This document shows positions 50,837-59,716 of a DNA stretch of 64,000 nt, in pieces. Where the stretch lies: contig CAXSGP010000004.1 of NCBI GenBank assembly GCA_964236955.1, positions 13,942-77,941 of the forward strand. The letters are read 5' to 3'. The translations under genes and the position numbers were made by a program. This stretch comes from an uncultured Oligoflexus sp. (GTDB lineage Bacteria; Bdellovibrionota_B; Oligoflexia; Oligoflexales; Oligoflexaceae). The notes beneath the pieces were generated by a model. The model was not told the origin of the DNA. It saw nothing but the letters and a program-made list of their open reading frames with translations, and searched no databases. Within the stretch, counting starts at the first letter, position 1. Each line of letters begins with the position of its first letter.

Positions 50837-51517
50837 TTACTTCTTGAAGAGCTTTTCGGCGAGTTCCAGATGTTTGCTGCTTTCCACGTCATTCTTCTTG
50901 GTGGACATATCGAAGAGTTTTAACTTCGCGGCATCTTTATCGATCGGTTTTTGCGCGAGACATTGAACCACATGCTTGCCATCGATCAAGCCTTCCTGGT
51001 AAAAAAGTATGCGCAGTCCTTGAATGTTTTTTAAAATTTCATTGGAATGGAAAAAATAGTTTCGATAGTCTTCGTCCTTGCCTATCGCCTCTTTCATTTC
51101 GGCTACGCCGTAGGACTCGATCAGCAGAATGCCGCCCTGTTTGAGTGCACTTATAATGTTGGTATAATAGCGCGAGTTGGGCGGACGAAACTTCGTCATG
51201 ATAATACTTTCGTACTCCATGATTCCAAACAGATAAAGATCAAGGTCGGTCGATTGCGCCTCGATGGTCACGCCGCTCTCTCTCGCCAGTGTCTTGGCGT
51301 GCTCGATAGCGACACGAGATAGGTCAAAGCCTTTAATCTTAAAACCTTTTTGAGCCAGATAAACGGCATTTTGGCCTTCGCCCATTCCGATGTCCAGGAC
51401 CTTGCCTTGTTCCAGGCGGGGTAGCATCGCCTGCAAAAAGTCACTGGGACCTTTGCCCCTTGCGAATGGCTTGGCGGCGTATCGCTCATCCCAGTAGGTC
51501 TTTGCATCCTTTTGCAT
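50837..51517 (-). CDS. Class I SAM-dependent methyltransferase (TehB-like)
   Basis: WDERY, VLDIGMGEGQNAVYLA..G..V.G.D.S, LK.GG.L. Confidence 0.88.
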   Translation of the reverse strand: MQKDAKTYWDERYAAKPFARGKGPSDFLQAMLPRLEQGKVLDIGMGEGQNAVYLAQKGFKIKGFDLSRVAIEHAKTLARESGVTIEAQSTDLDLYLFGIMEYESIIMTKFRPPNSRYYTNIISALKQGGILLIESYGVAEMKEAIGKDEDYRNYFFHSNEILKNIQGLRILFYQEGLIDGKHVVQCLAQKPIDKDAAKLKLFDMSTKKNDVESSKHLELAEKLFKK

Positions 51518-51683
51518 TGTGTTACTCCGAACATTGAAGGGGGACCATTCCTCGGAGCTTCAGGTTATACCTGCAGTTCCAGTCGCTTAAACCTTGCCTT
51601 TGGCCTCTCGGGCTAGCCGTCAGCCCTTCTTGGACCCAAGGGCCAGGACTCGCTAAGCGATGCGGCATCACCGACGCCGTGCT
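51518..51683 (-). promoter_or_regulatory. Candidate structured 5' leader / cis-regulatory RNA (unassigned)
   Basis: Multiple stems: cggcgtc/gatgccg, tcgctta/taagcga, gggct/agccc, caggt/acctg, and gctccgag/ttcggagt covering the SD. Confidence 0.45.
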
Positions 51684-51689
51684 TTCTTG

Positions 51690-51718
51690 AAATTACCAAA
51701 AGCTGGCCGGAGTTTCAA
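51690..51718 (-). promoter_or_regulatory. Sigma-70-type promoter for the leader and methyltransferase
   Basis: TTGAAA-N17-TAATTT with TG extended -10 on the minus strand. Confidence 0.5.
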
Positions 51719-51808
51719 AATGAGAAAGACTTTTTAAAAAATGATTGGCGAAGTCAAGGCCGCCCACGAAGGTGAACGCAGAAATTGGCGGGCGAAGGAA
51801 GGGTTTTT

Positions 51809-52183
51809 TCAAATCTCTATTCCTAAAAAGAAACTGCCTAAAAGAACACAGAAAACAAAGAGAGCCATCGCGGCAAAGTATCCATCACGCTGGCGAATAA
51901 AGAGATAAGTCGTAAGGAGCACGCGGCAGATAGGTAGAGCAACGAGAACGCCAAGGCCCGCCAATGATAAGAGTATGCCTAAGTTGCGAGTTGCTGATGC
52001 CCGCGAGAAAATAAGCAATAATGACTCGGGTCTATATTCGTGAAAGCCAGCGAGAACATCGCCGCTCTGAATCATTTGACCGAGCCAGCCCAAGGCGAGA
52101 AGCCCTGCCGCCAGGGCAACGCCCCATCGCAAAAAATTGCTGATGACAAGTTCCAGGCGATGCAGTTCCTCGTCACGGTTCAT
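51809..52183 (-). CDS. DUF1634 family membrane protein
   Basis: LE..IS..LR.GV, G..L...P..RV; 4-nt overlap with TauE gene, the usual partner. Confidence 0.8.
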   Translation of the reverse strand: MNRDEELHRLELVISNFLRWGVALAAGLLALGWLGQMIQSGDVLAGFHEYRPESLLLIFSRASATRNLGILLSLAGLGVLVALPICRVLLTTYLFIRQRDGYFAAMALFVFCVLLGSFFLGIEI

Positions 52184-52995
52184 TTTAATCCCTTCCATAT
52201 CATCTGCGCTGCGACGATTACGAGGATGCCGACAAAGATTTGCCGGATTCGTGCCGCAGCTATCCTGTTCATGGATTTTGCACCCAGGAACGAACCTATA
52301 ATAATGCCTAGCGCAACAGGTGCCGCGATTTCAGGCCGTACATCCCCGCGTAGAAAATAGGCTCCGGCGCTGGCAGCTGCCGTCACACCTATCATAAAAT
52401 TGGAGGTTGCCGAAGAGACTTTGATCGGCAGTTTCATCGCCCCATCCATCGCGAGGACCTTGAAGATTCCACTGCCGATTCCAAGGAGAGCCGAGAGCAC
52501 GCCGGCAACCAGCATGATCGCGAGTCCCAAGGGAACCGCTGCGACCTGGTAGGGATGGAGCACACCGGATTCATCAGGGTATTGCGAATCAAGGCGGAGC
52601 TTATCCGCCCAGGGATGATTGATCTGGGCAGCGCGCTCGCTCCGTTTACGCAGCATCATGGCCGAAGAAAACAGGAGGAAAACGGCAAAGAGAATATAAA
52701 GCCCTCTGGCCTCGATATGTGAGGCGAGGAGAAATCCAATGACAGCTCCAACGACTGTACCTATTTCAAGAAAGACAGCAAGTCGAAGGTTGGTTAAGGA
52801 GTCCTTTAGAAAACTCGCTGCGGCCCCCGAAGACGTAGCGACGACGGAAATTAAACTTGCGGCGATGGCATAGCGAATATTCACATGATATATGAGGGTG
52901 AGGGCCGGCACGACAATGATACCGCCGCCGATCCCAAGCAAAGCTCCGAGAAAGCCCGCGCCTATTGAAACCGCAAACAGAAGCAGTTCGTACAT
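52180..52995 (-). CDS. Sulfite exporter TauE/SafE family protein
   Basis: GALLGIGGG.I.VP, SLISVVATSSG, SALLGIGSG.FKV.AMD, KVSSATSNFMIGVTA. Confidence 0.9.
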   Translation of the reverse strand: MYELLLFAVSIGAGFLGALLGIGGGIIVVPALTLIYHVNIRYAIAASLISVVATSSGAAASFLKDSLTNLRLAVFLEIGTVVGAVIGFLLASHIEARGLYILFAVFLLFSSAMMLRKRSERAAQINHPWADKLRLDSQYPDESGVLHPYQVAAVPLGLAIMLVAGVLSALLGIGSGIFKVLAMDGAMKLPIKVSSATSNFMIGVTAAASAGAYFLRGDVRPEIAAPVALGIIIGSFLGAKSMNRIAAARIRQIFVGILVIVAAQMIWKGLK

Positions 52996-53077
52996 TCAAT
53001 CTTTCCTCCGGCTGGGAATGATCATCGCATTCCTGAACTTTTGATTCAAGCTTGCGATGCGGGACGGCGACTCGGGC

Positions 53078-53536
53078 TTAGAAAAAGTAGCGGGTGCCCA
53101 GGGCAAGGTCGAGGATCAGTGCCGTGTGATCCACAAGGATGAGCGCGGGGGCGATTTCAAAAAAAATTTGAATCGGAACTTCTTTGAAGATGTGCTGAAT
53201 ACCGGCTGGAGCACGGATACCGATTTCTTCATCATGATTATTGCCGTTGTATCGGGAAGCCCAGGATAAGCAGCGCAGCCCGAGTCCAAAGTAGACATTG
53301 ATACCAACGCCATCGGCTTTGATCCAGTCCTTCCTATTCCAATGGTGGTCGAGGTTGAGATGAAAGGAATGAGCATCCCAACCCAGTTCAGCCGATATAT
53401 CGCGGTCTTTGCCGTAGATATATTCTCCCGTAACTCCGGTCGGTCCCAAGACTACGATTCCAACACCAAACCTGCGAGGACTTGCATTGAGTCCGGCCCC
53501 ATAGAAAAACATGAGGTAAAGGAGTAAATATTTCAT
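53078..53536 (-). CDS. Small outer-membrane beta-barrel (DUF3996-like)
   Basis: FGVGI..GPTG.T, Y.GLG, GIRAP.G, P..IF.E.AP, ends GTRYFF. Confidence 0.7.
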   Translation of the reverse strand: MKYLLLYLMFFYGAGLNASPRRFGVGIVVLGPTGVTGEYIYGKDRDISAELGWDAHSFHLNLDHHWNRKDWIKADGVGINVYFGLGLRCLSWASRYNGNNHDEEIGIRAPAGIQHIFKEVPIQIFFEIAPALILVDHTALILDLALGTRYFF

Positions 53537-53885
53537 GGCAAGCTGTCTCCGTAAGCCTGGGTGAGCTAAGAGCATTTCGGCAGGACGGAGGGGAAATAAA
53601 GGGATCGTGAAAAAAAGATCCGAGCTCGGCTCCGATGCTGGCTTTTGGTCAGATATTTAAAATCGTCCGATACCTTTGTGGAGTTCCTTTCCCAAGGAGG
53701 ATGGGGAAAAAAGAGCAGGCGACGGGAAAGGGTCGAAATCCGGCATTATGAATATTCCTCGACCTTGTTTGGAAGATAGGTAAAGGTCTCGGCCGGATCA
53801 GGAAGGGAGGTGAGAGGAATTGAAAAATGCTCGCTTCAGGTACACCGTAGGCCGCATCACCGCTGACTTTCCCATTCGCCTCAAT

Positions 53886-54512
53886 CTACAAGCCAAGATA
53901 GCATTTTATAGCCATTAATTTTTCAAATTGACGCAACATACTGGCTTCGCCGGTCAGCGTGCTGGCCTCGGTCAGGGTTAACCACTTTAAATCTTTGGAT
54001 TCACTGGTTATTTTTAGAGCTAAATGGTCATCGAGGACACAGAGATAACGAATATCGTAATGCAGGTGTTGGGGTTGGTCCCGATAGGCGGGAATTTCAT
54101 GTATATCGCAATCGAAGGCTGATGGCGTATCAATTAAAAATCCTCCAAGCTGTTCCCAAGGATAAAATTCAACCTCAGGACGCCCTGACTCTTCCCGAGC
54201 TTCTTTTAAAGCTACTTTCGCCACGTCTTCCTCACCATCCGCATGGCCGCCCAGCTGCAGCCATTTGCCAAGTTTGGCGTGCAGTGTGAGGAGTACTTTA
54301 TCGAGGCTGGGATTCACAAGCAAGGCGGAACCGGTGATGTGGCCGGGTAAACAGCTGCGCTCGAAGGCATCCGAACGACTGTTAAGAAAGGTGATCAACC
54401 GCTCTTGAGTCAATTTTTCCCATTCGGGATTAAAGGAGGGATAAAGCACAAGTCCTTGGGTCCAAACCTTGCTATAATTCTTAAGGCTATCAAGAAGCGA
54501 ACACGTCGACAT
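53886..54512 (-). CDS. NUDIX hydrolase
   Basis: GHITGSA, LH.KL.KWLQLGGHADGE....VALKEAREESG, H.HYDIRY. Confidence 0.92.
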   Translation of the reverse strand: MSTCSLLDSLKNYSKVWTQGLVLYPSFNPEWEKLTQERLITFLNSRSDAFERSCLPGHITGSALLVNPSLDKVLLTLHAKLGKWLQLGGHADGEEDVAKVALKEAREESGRPEVEFYPWEQLGGFLIDTPSAFDCDIHEIPAYRDQPQHLHYDIRYLCVLDDHLALKITSESKDLKWLTLTEASTLTGEASMLRQFEKLMAIKCYLGL

Positions 54513-54559
54513 TTTTAATCATCATCCTTCTATAGGGTGTTCACAGGCCTCAATAGCTT

Positions 54560-55147
54560 TCATTTTACTTTTTCAGCTTTGCTGCAAATGTCCTTCACAA
54601 AGCTGTAGCGCTGCTTCATTTTTATCTTAATTCCGCCTTTTTGAGCCGCAAGCAGCCCGGCGATGGCGGCCCGTTGGGCGGCCGGAATTTTTGCAAGAGC
54701 CGGATCATCGGCTGAAAGCAAGCCGGTGGCACTGGTATCCTGGTCCAGAACATAAGCCTCATCACTCTCCCGCGTCACATTTAAAACACCGTCAATCACG
54801 GCGCCGGCAGGGATTTTGTGAAGTGCTGACGCTTCATTTCCCTTACAGGCTAGCTTATAGGAGATGTGGGCCGCGTCCTGGGCCAGTGGCTTGACGTCAC
54901 AGTCCATTTTCGTTTTGGACAGCTCCTCTTTTATTCGATCATCCCAGGAGCTTGCGGTGGATTTGGCGTCGACACATATCGTCTGAGGCTTGATTGCAGC
55001 GGTAAGTGGGCTAAAGGAAGATTCGGTGACCTCGATTCTCCATTCGCCTTTTTTAAGAGCTTTAAATTCGTTGCCAAGCGCTGACGCTGTGGTGGCGAAG
55101 GCGATAATCGGCAGTGTCGACTTGAGGGCTTTTCTAAGAAAACGCAT
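54560..55147 (-). CDS. Secreted protein, DUF3617-like
   Basis: Signal peptide; LK.GEW.I.V, IC, C, C and terminal C pattern. Confidence 0.55.
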   Translation of the reverse strand: MRFLRKALKSTLPIIAFATTASALGNEFKALKKGEWRIEVTESSFSPLTAAIKPQTICVDAKSTASSWDDRIKEELSKTKMDCDVKPLAQDAAHISYKLACKGNEASALHKIPAGAVIDGVLNVTRESDEAYVLDQDTSATGLLSADDPALAKIPAAQRAAIAGLLAAQKGGIKIKMKQRYSFVKDICSKAEKVK

Positions 55148-55411
55148 GACCGTGCTCCTTCATTGTTATAGGGAACTTAACAGCTCTTATCGCCTGGGGC
55201 AGCCCGTATTCCATAAAAAGAGCGAATATTCCAAAACAGTCATAGGCTTATAGACCCCCGCTTGCCGCTTGCAGCTGAACCTTCCTAAGCAAAGTAGGCC
55301 ATTATTTACTAGTACTCTGGCCGGACGGATTGCAAAGGCCCGGTCTCATGGAGCACAATTAAGCAAGACTACCAATGCCTCAAAGGCAATCCTTCAAATA
55401 AGGAAACGACC

Positions 55412-55912
55412 ATGACCTTTGACGAATGCTTTGACGTCGTGATGGAAATCGAAGGGGGCGGAAAGCTAGTCGAAAATTCAGCCGATAACGGTGGACTCAC
55501 GAAATGGGGCATTGCACGGAATGCCCATCCCGAACTCAGCGCCGCTGATATCAGAAGCCTCACTAAGATCCAGGCAAAGGTAATTTATAAAAGCGATTAC
55601 TGGGATCCCTTAAAGACATCTAAATTCGCTAACAGGGTCCGCCTTGCCATTTTTGATTCCGCGGTGAATCATGGCCTCCCGGGAGCGGCCAAACTTATTC
55701 AGAAAGCAGCGAACAGCGGTGGGGCAAAGCTGAAAGTCGATGGGGAAATCGGAGCCATGACTTTGGCGGCAGTAAAAGCAATCCCTGCCGTCGACTTCCT
55801 CGTCCTGCTATCGGCGGAAAGACTTGCGCTTTATCAAGCTCATGAAGATTTTGCGTCTTTTGGCAAAGGCTGGACGAAACGATTATTCAAGATTGCAGTC
55901 TGTTCCGCCTGA
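55412..55912 (+). CDS. Glycoside hydrolase family 108 lysozyme with C-terminal peptidoglycan-binding segment
   Basis: EIEGG, D.GG.TKWGI, IYK..YW, FD.AVN.G, VDG.IG..T, F.KGW..R. Confidence 0.9.
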   Translation: MTFDECFDVVMEIEGGGKLVENSADNGGLTKWGIARNAHPELSAADIRSLTKIQAKVIYKSDYWDPLKTSKFANRVRLAIFDSAVNHGLPGAAKLIQKAANSGGAKLKVDGEIGAMTLAAVKAIPAVDFLVLLSAERLALYQAHEDFASFGKGWTKRLFKIAVCSA

Positions 55913-56229
55913 GACCCTGGCGCGGGTGAGAGCTAAGCCTGCGCCTTAAGTTTCAACTTTTCCTGCTCATGATTTGGTGATTTTTAAAATGATAACATCC
56001 TGAAGCCAACCCGCCTTCGACGCAGAGCCTTGGTAGCTGCATAAAATACCTAGCGATTCGGTGCATAATGGAAGCAGAAAACTTGGCGCTTAAGTGCGGC
56101 GGCGGGTTTTCGCCATGAGATTTTGGAGAAAAGTTCGCTTTTGCGGCAGACTATTTGCGCTTTATCCGAGAGCAACGCAAGGGCGCCCCGATTAAGTAAT
56201 GCTGACGGTCAGAGTTGGCGGGAGCAGTT

Positions 56230-57660
56230 ATGGTTGAGATTAAACGACAGTTTGAACGATTGTCACTCTATGAAAGAGATGTTCCACCGGTATGGGTAGC
56301 CGGTATCGGCGAAGGATTTTATGCTCAACTCTACGATGTCTCACCCCTGGGAGCCGGACTGTTTATTCACACCAAGGATTGGAATAATCGGGTCCTTCCC
56401 CTGCGGGGTCAGCAGATATCGTTAAATATCAGGCTGAACCGCGATGAAAGTTTTGTGGTATCGGCGATCGTTTGCCATGTTATCGAGCTCGACAAAAGAA
56501 ATAAACAGGGTTATCAGATCGGACTTACCTTTGTCACACGGACCACATCAACGGTCGATCGTGACGATAAGCTTTTACTGTTCAGTCAGGTATTTCGCCC
56601 CCTGGCCTATGCCGAAGATCCGCTTTTATTCCAAGAATTTCTTCATTTTCAGATCGATGGGTTTTCGCCGACAGAAATTCTCCTGCGCACCTCAAAATCC
56701 AATCGCTCGCTGATACCCGGGCAGAGCCTCAGCCTCAGTTGCCTATTGCCTAATAGTTTGCAGAATACGTGCAGGGTGCGGATTGTAAAGATAGACAATC
56801 AAGCTGAAGTCGAGGGCAGCTATCAGCTCCACTGCCGGTGGCTCAAGCCAACCGACGCTTTTAAGGAGTCCCTGGCGGAGTTTGTTTTCATAGCCAAACC
56901 CGGTATTAGCATCAGTGAAATGAAAAAGATGGGCTGGCCGGTGACCCATATGCAAAGGGCCATCCGCTTTCGCTATGCCTGCCATGAAAAGGATATGCGT
57001 TCCGTTCTCGATCTAAGACTCACGGCCGTCCAGCATGAAGGCCTTTGGGAGGGGATGCGTGATAGCAGTGTGATGCTTGATGGCTTTGATCCCTATGCAA
57101 GGCAGATCATGTGCATTGTCGGCTCCAAGGTGGCGGCCAGTGCCCGCCTGATCTTCAATGATGGCAAACGCAGCAAAAGCGAATACGCAAGCTACGGTGC
57201 AAAGATCCCCCTTTGGCTCTGGAAAGACGGCTTTATCGAAGCGTCACAGCTTTGCACCCATCCTGAATACCGAGGCGCCGATGTTTTTCATTTTCTGCTG
57301 ACCCACCTCACCCGTATTACAGCAATATCCGAAGCCAAGCACTTGGTCTTTCACAGTACCGAAGCCTTAATCCCCGTCTATCAACGGCTTGGGGCAAAAA
57401 ACCTTAAGATCAGGGTTGAAATTCCTTCGATGCAAGGCACGATCATGCATCTGTTGAGCTTTGATTGTCAATCCGGAGCGTTGACGATGGGCGGTAGCCC
57501 GCTCACCTACAATGTCGCTTTTAAAAAGATGACTGAATTCACGGCTCAGCAGGGGCTTCTTAATATTTCAACCCACCACGAGATTTATCGGCGAACAATA
57601 GGTATGATAGAGCCTCTCGCCCGACATATCGAAAGGCGCAAGCGGAAAGCCAAAAAATGA
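56230..57660 (+). CDS. PilZ-PilZ-GNAT (FeeM/N-acyl amino acid synthase-like) fusion protein
   Basis: RQFER and DVSPLG (PilZ RxxxR and DxSxxG); second degenerate PilZ; D.FD..AR, SARLI, IE.S.LCTHPEYRG, Y..LG. Confidence 0.7.
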   Translation: MVEIKRQFERLSLYERDVPPVWVAGIGEGFYAQLYDVSPLGAGLFIHTKDWNNRVLPLRGQQISLNIRLNRDESFVVSAIVCHVIELDKRNKQGYQIGLTFVTRTTSTVDRDDKLLLFSQVFRPLAYAEDPLLFQEFLHFQIDGFSPTEILLRTSKSNRSLIPGQSLSLSCLLPNSLQNTCRVRIVKIDNQAEVEGSYQLHCRWLKPTDAFKESLAEFVFIAKPGISISEMKKMGWPVTHMQRAIRFRYACHEKDMRSVLDLRLTAVQHEGLWEGMRDSSVMLDGFDPYARQIMCIVGSKVAASARLIFNDGKRSKSEYASYGAKIPLWLWKDGFIEASQLCTHPEYRGADVFHFLLTHLTRITAISEAKHLVFHSTEALIPVYQRLGAKNLKIRVEIPSMQGTIMHLLSFDCQSGALTMGGSPLTYNVAFKKMTEFTAQQGLLNISTHHEIYRRTIGMIEPLARHIERRKRKAKK

Positions 57661-57935
57661 GCCAGTCCTGAAATATTATGACTGAAAAACAGTTGGCCAA
57701 AATCTTACCGGCATGAATGATGTAAAAGAGCTGGCTCTAGGGAACTGTACGCTCAGCAATACTTTGGTGTTCTAGAGCTTGCTTGAAACGCGAGGCATGC
57801 CGTCCGCAGATATTTTGCAGAGCCAAGAATTTTTTGCCGGGAAATGTAGTTTTATTACAAAAGATCAGCTCCAAATCCTGGACTGATTAGCGATCATGTG
57901 TTAGCTATATTAAGCAATCAAAAAAGGGAGCACCT

Positions 57936-58439
57936 ATGAGAATTTTTCCAAAATCGCGCCACGGCGGGGATGAAAAATCCCTTACCCCTCAAAGCATCCT
58001 AGCCGGTTTGCTGTTAGCAGTTAAAGGCAACTCGGTTAACGAAGTTGAGCTCATGCATCTCTCCTCGACTCTAGCCGGACCCTCAACTGAAAACTATCAG
58101 GTTCGCGCCAATGATCTCAAAGAACTCATTCAAGGTGCGGATCGTCTGCTTGGAAGCCTTGGCCTTGCCGAATTCATTTCGCAATCGTCGGCCCTACTCA
58201 GCGAAAAGCAAAAGTTGGCGACCCTTGTCACAATTATGGATCTCTGTATGATGGAAAATTCCCATCTCGAGGGAGAGCGCGCTGTCTTTGATCAAATCTG
58301 CACAGGCTTTAAGATGACTGTGGCCGACTTAAGACCATTTGAGGAGATGTTGATTTTAAAAAATGAAACCAGCATCCGTCTCAATGTATTGCCTGAGTCG
58401 TTTAACCGAGCGGCCGAAGGCTTTCGGTCCTTAGTTTAG
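57936..58439 (+). CDS. TerB-like protein (degenerate)
   Basis: LTPQ, helical repeat, LS..QK...L....D....E...F.....F, L..KN..S. Confidence 0.55.
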   Translation: MRIFPKSRHGGDEKSLTPQSILAGLLLAVKGNSVNEVELMHLSSTLAGPSTENYQVRANDLKELIQGADRLLGSLGLAEFISQSSALLSEKQKLATLVTIMDLCMMENSHLEGERAVFDQICTGFKMTVADLRPFEEMLILKNETSIRLNVLPESFNRAAEGFRSLV

Positions 58440-58450
58440 ACCAAGGGGAC

Positions 58451-58502
58451 GCGAAGGGCTTCTTTCCTTTGCCGCAAAAAGGGCAAGGGAAAGAAGCTTC
58501 GC
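58451..58502. terminator. Long inverted repeat between convergent genes (probable bidirectional terminator)
   Basis: gcttctttcctttgcc/gcaaaaag/ggcaagggaaagaagc, extended by gcgaa/ttcgc. Confidence 0.7.
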
Positions 58503-58533
58503 AGACTTCTAAAGACATACGATGCCGCTTTGC

Positions 58534-59349
58534 TTATTGAAACGTAAAGCCAGCGCGATAGCTGTGCGTTTTTTTATTGTAGGTTAGCATCGATTCCATA
58601 TAGCCGTAGTAATACTGGAACATGAGATAGGGCATGAAACCAAGGAGTCTGGCCCGGTATTTGAGGCCGATTTCCAAAGCGCCGTTGCCAATTTTTTCCC
58701 CTCGATAGCCGCCTGGGGAAAAACTGATGTAGGCTTCTGCTTTTCTTGGAAAATAGTCCTGATCCACTCCCTGTACACTGAACCGAGTCGCCCACCAGCC
58801 CATATAATTTGCAATATCCCTATTGTTGACCCAGTCGATGTCATAAATTTTAAAAAGTTTCAAATTCCATAAAACTTCATAGCGTCCCAGTCCAACGGCA
58901 GCGATCGAATCGGCGAAAACCCTATCGACTGAGCGAGAGGTATCACCATCGCGGCCATTGGATCGATGTTCGATTCCCAGGCGGACGGCTCGGATGAAAG
59001 CCTTTCCAACGGGCCATTCATAATAGAGTTCGGGATTATAGTTAACATCACTAAAAGGTGCCGAATTCTTGCCTAGCTGCCAGAACATTTGCTGCGTGTA
59101 GGCAAAATAAAGATTCTCGGCCTTGATGGGGCGCAGCTTAAAACTCAGTTGCACCTTGGTGTCAGGCACACCGCTTAGGAAATAGATGTCTCTATGGCGA
59201 AAGATATTGTCAGCGTCTTCCTCCTGTACGGCCTTCAGCTCCGGACTCGGCTCCTGCGTTACCGCGACTGGCTCCGATGCGACCTGGGCCAAACATCGGG
59301 TTCCGCAGGCAAAAACTAATAGGACAAGAAATTTCATTGCAGGCGCCAT
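58534..59349 (-). CDS. pldA: Outer membrane phospholipase A
   Basis: K.QLSFK, YFAYTQ..FWQ, S.PF...NYNPE, catalytic EHRSNG, SRS.DR, Y.GY.ES...YN. Confidence 0.88.
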   Translation of the reverse strand: MAPAMKFLVLLVFACGTRCLAQVASEPVAVTQEPSPELKAVQEEDADNIFRHRDIYFLSGVPDTKVQLSFKLRPIKAENLYFAYTQQMFWQLGKNSAPFSDVNYNPELYYEWPVGKAFIRAVRLGIEHRSNGRDGDTSRSVDRVFADSIAAVGLGRYEVLWNLKLFKIYDIDWVNNRDIANYMGWWATRFSVQGVDQDYFPRKAEAYISFSPGGYRGEKIGNGALEIGLKYRARLLGFMPYLMFQYYYGYMESMLTYNKKTHSYRAGFTFQ

Positions 59350-59612
59350 CCCTAGAGATAATGATATAACAATGTTTACAAGTCTAAGTTCCGACCCTTA
59401 CTCTTGACAATTGGCAATCCCTGCCACGATGCCCTAATTATCTGGAAAGTATAGGGTAATGTTAAGTAGATGGAAATTTCCTACCTTTTGCCCGGTAAGC
59501 GTAAATTTCTGTTTTGCCAACGAAAGTAGAGCTCCCGCCAGCCTTTCGGATCCTTTAATTATCGAGCATATCTTATATAACATATTGAAATTTAACATTT
59601 TTTTGACAGACA

Positions 59613-59640
59613 TTGAGTCGCTGTCAGGAATTGGTAAAGT
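59613..59640 (+). promoter_or_regulatory. Possible sigma-70 promoter of che operon
   Basis: TTGAGT-N16-TAAAGT with TG extension, overlapped by tgacag...ctgtca dyad, AT-rich upstream tract. Confidence 0.3.
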
Positions 59641-59716
59641 TTGAAGCGCACGATCCGAATAGGATCCATCGGTGCGACTTGGGATGGGTCCGCCTTTGGT
59701 GGGATAGGGGATAAGC

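Noticed and set aside
51530..51690. Assignment of the structured element to 6S RNA, SAM-I, ZTP or ydaO (c-di-AMP) families
   Set aside because: Only fragments match (GGGGGACC and CCGTCAGC on +; GCGACTGG on -); required conserved cores are missing, so it is left unassigned
55412..55912. Prophage around the GH108 lysozyme
   Set aside because: No integrase, structural, holin or terminase genes; flanks are cellular genes
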